A stretch of 31,081 nucleotides of DNA, from contig JAISIO010000143.1 of NCBI GenBank assembly GCA_031262005.1, positions 1 through 31,081 of the forward strand. Reading direction: 5' to 3'. Position numbers and translations under genes: made by a program. This document shows, in pieces, positions 26,523 through 31,081 of the stretch. The DNA is from Bacteroidales bacterium. Its GTDB lineage: Bacteria; Bacteroidota; Bacteroidia; Bacteroidales; UBA1715. Each line of letters starts with the position of its first letter. Position 1 is the stretch's first letter. Below the pieces are notes generated by a model. The model was given only the letters and a program-made list of their open reading frames with translations, was not told the DNA's origin and searched no databases.

Positions 26523-27782
26523 TTATTCAAATTCCGCACGCAAAATTTCTAATACTTCGCTTATTGTTTCTTCCTCTAAATCGGTTCTTTTTATCAGGTC
26601 TTCTTTCGAGAGTTTCAAAATACTTTTTGCGGTATCGCATCCTACTTTTTTGAATTCTTCGATAATCCAAGCATCTATTTCATCGGCAAATTCTTCCAAA
26701 TTTACGTCTTCTTCTTCTTCCATATTATCGCGATACACATCTATATCGTAACCTGTAAGCTGACAAGCCAAACGAATGTTGGAACCGTTTTTGCCAATAG
26801 CCAGCGATACTTGGTCGGGTTTCATGTACACTTCGGCTTTTTTGTTTGCCTCGTCAAGTGTTATCGACGTGATTTTTGCAGGATTCAACGCACGCTGAAT
26901 AAACAATTGCGGATTAGTAGTGTAATTTATTACGTCAATATTTTCATTTTTTAATTCACGCACAATTCCGTGAATGCGCGAACCTTTCATACCTACGCAT
27001 GCTCCCACGGGGTCTATGCGTTCGTCGTAGGATTCTACGGCAATTTTTGCTTTTTCGCCCGGAATGCGCACAATTTTTTTGATGGTAATCAATCCGTCGA
27101 AAATTTCGGGAACTTCCATTTCAAACAAATGTTCCAAAAATTCGGGTGCCGTGCGCGACATAATTACCAACGGAGTGCCGTTACGCATTTCTACACGCGA
27201 AATAACACCTCGAACCGTTTCGCCTTTTTTGAAAAAGTCCGAAGGAATTTGTTCTGTTTTCGGCAGAATTATTTCATTGCGTTCGTCGTCTAATACAAGC
27301 ATTTCTTTTTTCCACACTTGATACACTTCGCCGGTTATAAGTTCTCCTATTTGGTCTTTATATTTTGCATACACATTATTTTTCTCTAATTCCATAATGC
27401 GTGAAATCAAATTTTGACGAATCGATAACACTTCGCGACGACCAAAATCATCTAATTTTACTTCATCGGTAACTTCTTCACCAATTTCGTAGTCTTCATC
27501 AATTTTTCGTGCTTCGGTCAATGAAATTTGTTGCAACGGATTTTCTAATTCATCGTCGGCTACCACTTCGCGATTATGCCAAATTTCAAAATCTCCTTTA
27601 TCGACATTGATGATTATATCGAAACATGAATCTATTATATCATCGTCGTCAATTTCGTATTTGCGTTTCAACAATGCTTTAAATACATCTTCCAATATGC
27701 CTTGCATTGCAGGACGATTGATGTTTTTGAGTTCTTTAAACTCCGAAAAGGTTTCTATTAAATTTTGGTGTTCTATTTTCAT
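26523..27782 (-). CDS. nusA: Transcription termination/antitermination factor NusA
   Basis: S1 and KH domains; LFEMEVPEIFDG, RIPGEKAKIAV, IDPVGACVGMKGSRI, VSLAIGKNGSNIRLA. Confidence 0.98.
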   Translation of the reverse strand: MKIEHQNLIETFSEFKELKNINRPAMQGILEDVFKALLKRKYEIDDDDIIDSCFDIIINVDKGDFEIWHNREVVADDELENPLQQISLTEARKIDEDYEIGEEVTDEVKLDDFGRREVLSIRQNLISRIMELEKNNVYAKYKDQIGELITGEVYQVWKKEMLVLDDERNEIILPKTEQIPSDFFKKGETVRGVISRVEMRNGTPLVIMSRTAPEFLEHLFEMEVPEIFDGLITIKKIVRIPGEKAKIAVESYDERIDPVGACVGMKGSRIHGIVRELKNENIDVINYTTNPQLFIQRALNPAKITSITLDEANKKAEVYMKPDQVSLAIGKNGSNIRLACQLTGYDIDVYRDNMEEEEDVNLEEFADEIDAWIIEEFKKVGCDTAKSILKLSKEDLIKRTDLEEETISEVLEILRAEFE

Positions 27783-27809
27783 TTCGTGTGAATTTTTGAA
27801 AATGAATTA

Positions 27810-28301
27810 TTATTTTGTTTTGTTTGATTTCATTGAAATTTCTACGGTTGTGCGTTTTATGTCGGCAAAAGTAATGGTTTTCTGTGTAATCACTTTCTTT
27901 TTTTTGCCTTTTGGTCCGGCTTTAACCGTTTCTTCATATTCTATCTGTACTTCATCGGGTGTTACATCAAGTAATGTTCCCACAAATTTTTCGCCGGTAG
28001 TGAGCACAATTGCCACATATCGACCTTTGTTTTTTTCGTATTGACGATACACTTTGAACGGTTCCGAAAGCCCCGCAGAAGCCACCGTAAGTTCAAAATC
28101 TTCTTCTTCGCGATTAAGATTTCCTTCGATATGACGACTCAATGCTACGCAGCGATCAATATCCACTCCTTGCCCGGAATCTATGGCTACCGAAATTTGC
28201 GCTGTGGGCGAAACGGTAATGTCTACCAAAAACAAATCGCTCCCTGCTATGAATTGTTCAACCAATTGTGTTATACGTTCTTTTGTAACTACACTTTCCA
28301 T
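27810..28301 (-). CDS. rimP: Ribosome maturation factor RimP
   Basis: GVDIDRCVALSRHIE, DFELTVASAGLSEPF, RQYEKNKGR; first gene of rimP-nusA-infB. Start placed at ATG 28301. Confidence 0.95.
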   Translation of the reverse strand: MESVVTKERITQLVEQFIAGSDLFLVDITVSPTAQISVAIDSGQGVDIDRCVALSRHIEGNLNREEEDFELTVASAGLSEPFKVYRQYEKNKGRYVAIVLTTGEKFVGTLLDVTPDEVQIEYEETVKAGPKGKKKKVITQKTITFADIKRTTVEISMKSNKTK

Positions 28302-28310
28302 ATCAATAAT

Positions 28311-28333
28311 AAAAAAGGGACGAATAGTCCCTT
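28311..28333 (-). terminator. Terminator-like hairpin in the rimP 5' leader (putative attenuator)
   Basis: Minus strand AAGGGAC-TATTC-GTCCCTTTTTT, lying between the promoter and the rimP ATG. Confidence 0.7.
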
Positions 28334-28359
28334 GTGCGTTTGTTAGAAAAAATCCGCTG

Positions 28360-28389
28360 CAAATATACATTTATAAATTAAATTGACAA
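28360..28389 (-). promoter_or_regulatory. Promoter of rimP-nusA-infB
   Basis: Minus-strand TTG (28389-28387), 19-nt spacer, TATATTTG (28367-28360). Confidence 0.72.
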
Positions 28390-28487
28390 TAGATTTTTGA
28401 ATTTTTTCATATCGCAAATTCAATTTCAATACGTTAGCGTATAATTTATTCTGTATATAGCATAGTGCGTTGTTCGATTTTTTTCCA

Positions 28488-28495
28488 TAATTTTG
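28488..28495 (+). promoter_or_regulatory. Possible -7 element for the rhomboid gene
   Basis: TAATTTTG matches TAnnTTTG, but the nearest upstream TTG is only 15 nt away, so support is weak. Confidence 0.35.
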
Positions 28496-28535
28496 AAGCC
28501 ATTAGAGTTCTTTTTGTTTCAATTCAAAAACAACG

Positions 28536-28627
28536 AACATCTACAAATATCAATTGAATATCTATGAATATCCATAAATATTTATGAATATCTAAGAATA
28601 TCAACCGAATATCAATAAATATCAAAT
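28536..28627 (+). repeat. Array of nine degenerate 10-11-nt units with AATATC core
   Basis: AACATCTACA AATATCAATTG AATATCTATG AATATCCATA AATATTTATG AATATCTAAG AATATCAACCG AATATCAATA AATATCAAAT; 92 nt over 9 units. Confidence 0.9.
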
Positions 28628-28630
28628 ACA

Positions 28631-29314
28631 ATGATCTCCTTACCCCACGATACTACAATTGAAAAAAAACGGATACTCTACGCTTTGATATTTCCGTTGT
28701 TGTTTGTGTCGTTTCTTTGGGTGGTATTTGCTGTGGAACACAGTTTTGCATTTGATTTCCGCCATGCAGGCATATTGCCTCGTACTGCTGAAGGTTTGTG
28801 GGGAATAGTGTGTTCTCCTTTTTTACATGCCGATGCAAAACACTTGTTGTCCAATAGCATTCCGCTTATGGTTTTGGGCTGGTGTTTGCTCTACTTTTAT
28901 CGTGATTTGGGTTATAAAGTATTTCCTTTGTTGTGGTTGCTTTCGGGTATTCTCACGTGGTGCATTGGGCGCAATTCGTGGCATATTGGTGCCAGTGGAC
29001 TGACCTATTCACTTGCTTTTTTTCTGTTTTTTAGCGGTATTTTGCGGCATCATATTCCGCTTATGGCAGTTTCGCTCATTGTGGTTTTTTTGTATGGCAG
29101 CATTGTGTGGGCTATGTTTCCCATTGCCGAAGTTGTTGATGCCACTATTTCGTGGGAAGGACATTTGTCGGGAGCAATAAGTGGTTTGTGTTGTGCCTTA
29201 CTGTTCAGAAAACAAGGACCGCAAAAACCAATTGTTCCTGATGATGAGGAGGAAGATGATTGGAATAATGGCGAAGAGGAAGACGCACACGAAACAACGG
29301 AGTGCATCAATTGA
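28631..29314 (+). CDS. Rhomboid family intramembrane serine protease
   Basis: PFLHADAKHLLSN, catalytic Ser in HIGASG, catalytic His in SWEGHLSG; acidic C-terminal tail. Confidence 0.93.
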   Translation: MISLPHDTTIEKKRILYALIFPLLFVSFLWVVFAVEHSFAFDFRHAGILPRTAEGLWGIVCSPFLHADAKHLLSNSIPLMVLGWCLLYFYRDLGYKVFPLLWLLSGILTWCIGRNSWHIGASGLTYSLAFFLFFSGILRHHIPLMAVSLIVVFLYGSIVWAMFPIAEVVDATISWEGHLSGAISGLCCALLFRKQGPQKPIVPDDEEEDDWNNGEEEDAHETTECIN

Positions 29315-29323
29315 GCTTTCTCA

Positions 29324-31081
29324 CTATTGCGGAGTTTTTATAATTTTGAAATGCTGTGTAATTCCGGCAACTGTTATTCGTAATAAATATGTTCCACCTA
29401 TCAAATTGTTCAATGGAATAGCATGAACACCGTTGGTATTTTCAATGCTATTGCTCCACACAAGCGAACCGTTAAGGTCAATAATTGCACAATCTATGCG
29501 TTGATACCATGTGTTAAGAAATTGTACATAACACTGCTCGCTTGCTGGTTGTGGAAAAATTTTACATATAATATTGTCGGGAATTGTAATTGATTGCTGC
29601 TGTTGTAATGAATAATAGAACAATGTGGGGTAATAAGAATTGGTTGTGTCTTGCGCAAACGTGATAAGTGGTTGTAGTGCCAGATTGTAGTTAAGGTTCA
29701 TACTGCGGTAGGCTGTCCATTGCTTGTTATTGTAAAACGAAGCGTCAATCGTGGGAGACGTATCGTCAATAAGAAAGAGCGAGCCGCCGGTAAAATGATC
29801 AGGCTGATTATAACACACGCCAATGTTAAATTTTTTTGTTAAGACTATAGGCTTTGGAAAATATATTGTGTTGGCAGCATTGGCGTGTAATTGTGAATTG
29901 TCTACTTCTCTTTCGTATAAAATCTGTGAGAAATCTTCATTCCATACAAAAAAAGAGGTAGTGCCTCGTTCATCGCCTACGGTATGTATTCCAGCAGTTA
30001 AGCCTATTACAGATTGATTATTGAGGTCTACACTATTGGCAAAGCAGCGCATATTCATTTCGTTTGTTCCCGACCAATTACGAACATCGCTCGACGAAAC
30101 CGTGAGCATAGTAGTTTGCGGCGAAAATACTGGAATAGAATCAATGGTAAATTTCGGAGAAAATCCGTTGCACGACGTTTGCCCCGAATTAATAGGATCT
30201 AACCATGTTTTGAGTTGATACTGCGGTTCGGTATAATAGTCCCATGCAAACGAAAATTTTGAGAAATAATCGTTTATTGGATTTTCGCAACTTGACTGAC
30301 CACCGGTAAGTGTTCCTATAATTTGTTTGCTGGCGTTCAATAATGCCGATCCTGACGAACCTCCTTCGGTAGTACCTTGCGACCATTCCGGAACACGCCA
30401 GTGCGAATTTCTAATAAAATTAGTGTTCGAACCGGTAAATGAACTCGTTTGTATGTTCTCATCGCTGATAGCTAAACGTTTGGGAGTTCCGGAAGGGTGG
30501 TGTATGCAACTTCCTCCGGCACTATGTGGAGAGTCTATGTCCCAACCGGAGTAGTACACATTGAACGATGCGGGCGGTGTTTGCGACATACGCACAAGGG
30601 TAAAATCAAGCCGCTTATCTTTTCCTGTGGCTATTAATTCCGAACCGGAAATGTTGAAATTGGTAGGTGGCGAACCTATATTATTGCAATCGGGATATTC
30701 ATATTTAAAATAAAATACCGTACTCAGAGCTTCTGCTTCGGTTTGTATACAATGATTTGCGGTTAATATATATGGTATGCTATTGTTTGCTGTAGTATTT
30801 ACCAATGTGCCGGTACAGTAGCGCATCCCTCGAATAAGGAGGCGACATACCGAATTTTTCTGCATACTCCATTCTGCCGCTTCGGGGCAATTGATGTTGA
30901 TGTGGCAATCGGAGGAGCGTAATCGAGAACCGCCTAAACCAATGTCTTTAAATCCATGCGAAATTTGCCCTATAACGTAGTGCGATTGTGCGCTGTTGTG
31001 TAAAGGCTCTCGAATGTGTATAATCAAAGTATCGTCGGCAATAAGCGGACTTGCAAAAATTGTAGGTGTGGAAAACGGACT
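29324..31081 (-). CDS. S1 (lysyl-endopeptidase-like) serine protease with T9SS C-terminal domain, 5'-truncated by the window edge
   Basis: Frame is open to base 31081 (...FASPLIADDTLIIHIREP); triad in YILTANHC, LDFTLV and TTEGGSSGSAL; CIHHPSGTPK; CTD KIFPQPAS...IIDLNG...GTYLLRI...FKIIK. Confidence 0.9.
   Translation of the reverse strand, partial: SPFSTPTIFASPLIADDTLIIHIREPLHNSAQSHYVIGQISHGFKDIGLGGSRLRSSDCHININCPEAAEWSMQKNSVCRLLIRGMRYCTGTLVNTTANNSIPYILTANHCIQTEAEALSTVFYFKYEYPDCNNIGSPPTNFNISGSELIATGKDKRLDFTLVRMSQTPPASFNVYYSGWDIDSPHSAGGSCIHHPSGTPKRLAISDENIQTSSFTGSNTNFIRNSHWRVPEWSQGTTEGGSSGSALLNASKQIIGTLTGGQSSCENPINDYFSKFSFAWDYYTEPQYQLKTWLDPINSGQTSCNGFSPKFTIDSIPVFSPQTTMLTVSSSDVRNWSGTNEMNMRCFANSVDLNNQSVIGLTAGIHTVGDERGTTSFFVWNEDFSQILYEREVDNSQLHANAANTIYFPKPIVLTKKFNIGVCYNQPDHFTGGSLFLIDDTSPTIDASFYNNKQWTAYRSMNLNYNLALQPLITFAQDTTNSYYPTLFYYSLQQQQSITIPDNIICKIFPQPASEQCYVQFLNTWYQRIDCAIIDLNGSLVWSNSIENTNGVHAIPLNNLIGGTYLLRITVAGITQHFKIIKTPQ

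Noticed and set aside
27630-27670. Acidic segment EIDDDDIIDSC in the NusA N-terminal domain
   Set aside because: Looks like a few-residue loop insertion with no evident functional consequence; cannot be assessed without an alignment.
28536-28627. Repeat array considered as CRISPR
   Set aside because: Units are 10-11 nt with no unique spacers of CRISPR length, and no cas genes are present.

Overview
Chromosomal window from a Bacteroidota (probably Bacteroidales) genome, judged from TAnnTTTG-type promoters, type IX secretion (T9SS) cargo and the long IF2 N-terminus. Left to right it holds: the 3' end of a DUF4301 gene; a TPR protein coupled to a ComA-like phosphosulfolactate synthase; a YqhD-type iron alcohol dehydrogenase; an 11-subunit complex I operon without nuoEFG (nuoA,B,C,D,H,I,J,K,L,M,N) plus a small trailing ORF; an EamA transporter; on the minus strand an STN/beta-barrel protein with an RCC1-repeat secreted protein and rimP-nusA-infB; a rhomboid protease; and the 3' part of a T9SS S1 protease. 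The standout is a ~3.8 kb AT-richer three-gene cassette between nuoC and nuoD. It is bounded by a 23-bp imperfect direct repeat (20/23 identical), and both copies encode the NuoC C-terminus (IVDLIK* versus IIDLLK*), the signature of integration into a gene's 3' end. No integrase is present. The cargo is a tailspike-like S74-chaperone/T9SS protein, an S8 subtilase, and a META-like lipoprotein carrying an inserted copy of that subtilase's own propeptide, a candidate protease/cognate-inhibitor pair. Other oddities are a ~10-bp-period repeat array upstream of the rhomboid gene, heptamer repeats beside an apparent ATA/ATT start codon, and a terminator in the rimP leader. All family assignments come from motif recognition by eye; no searches were run.
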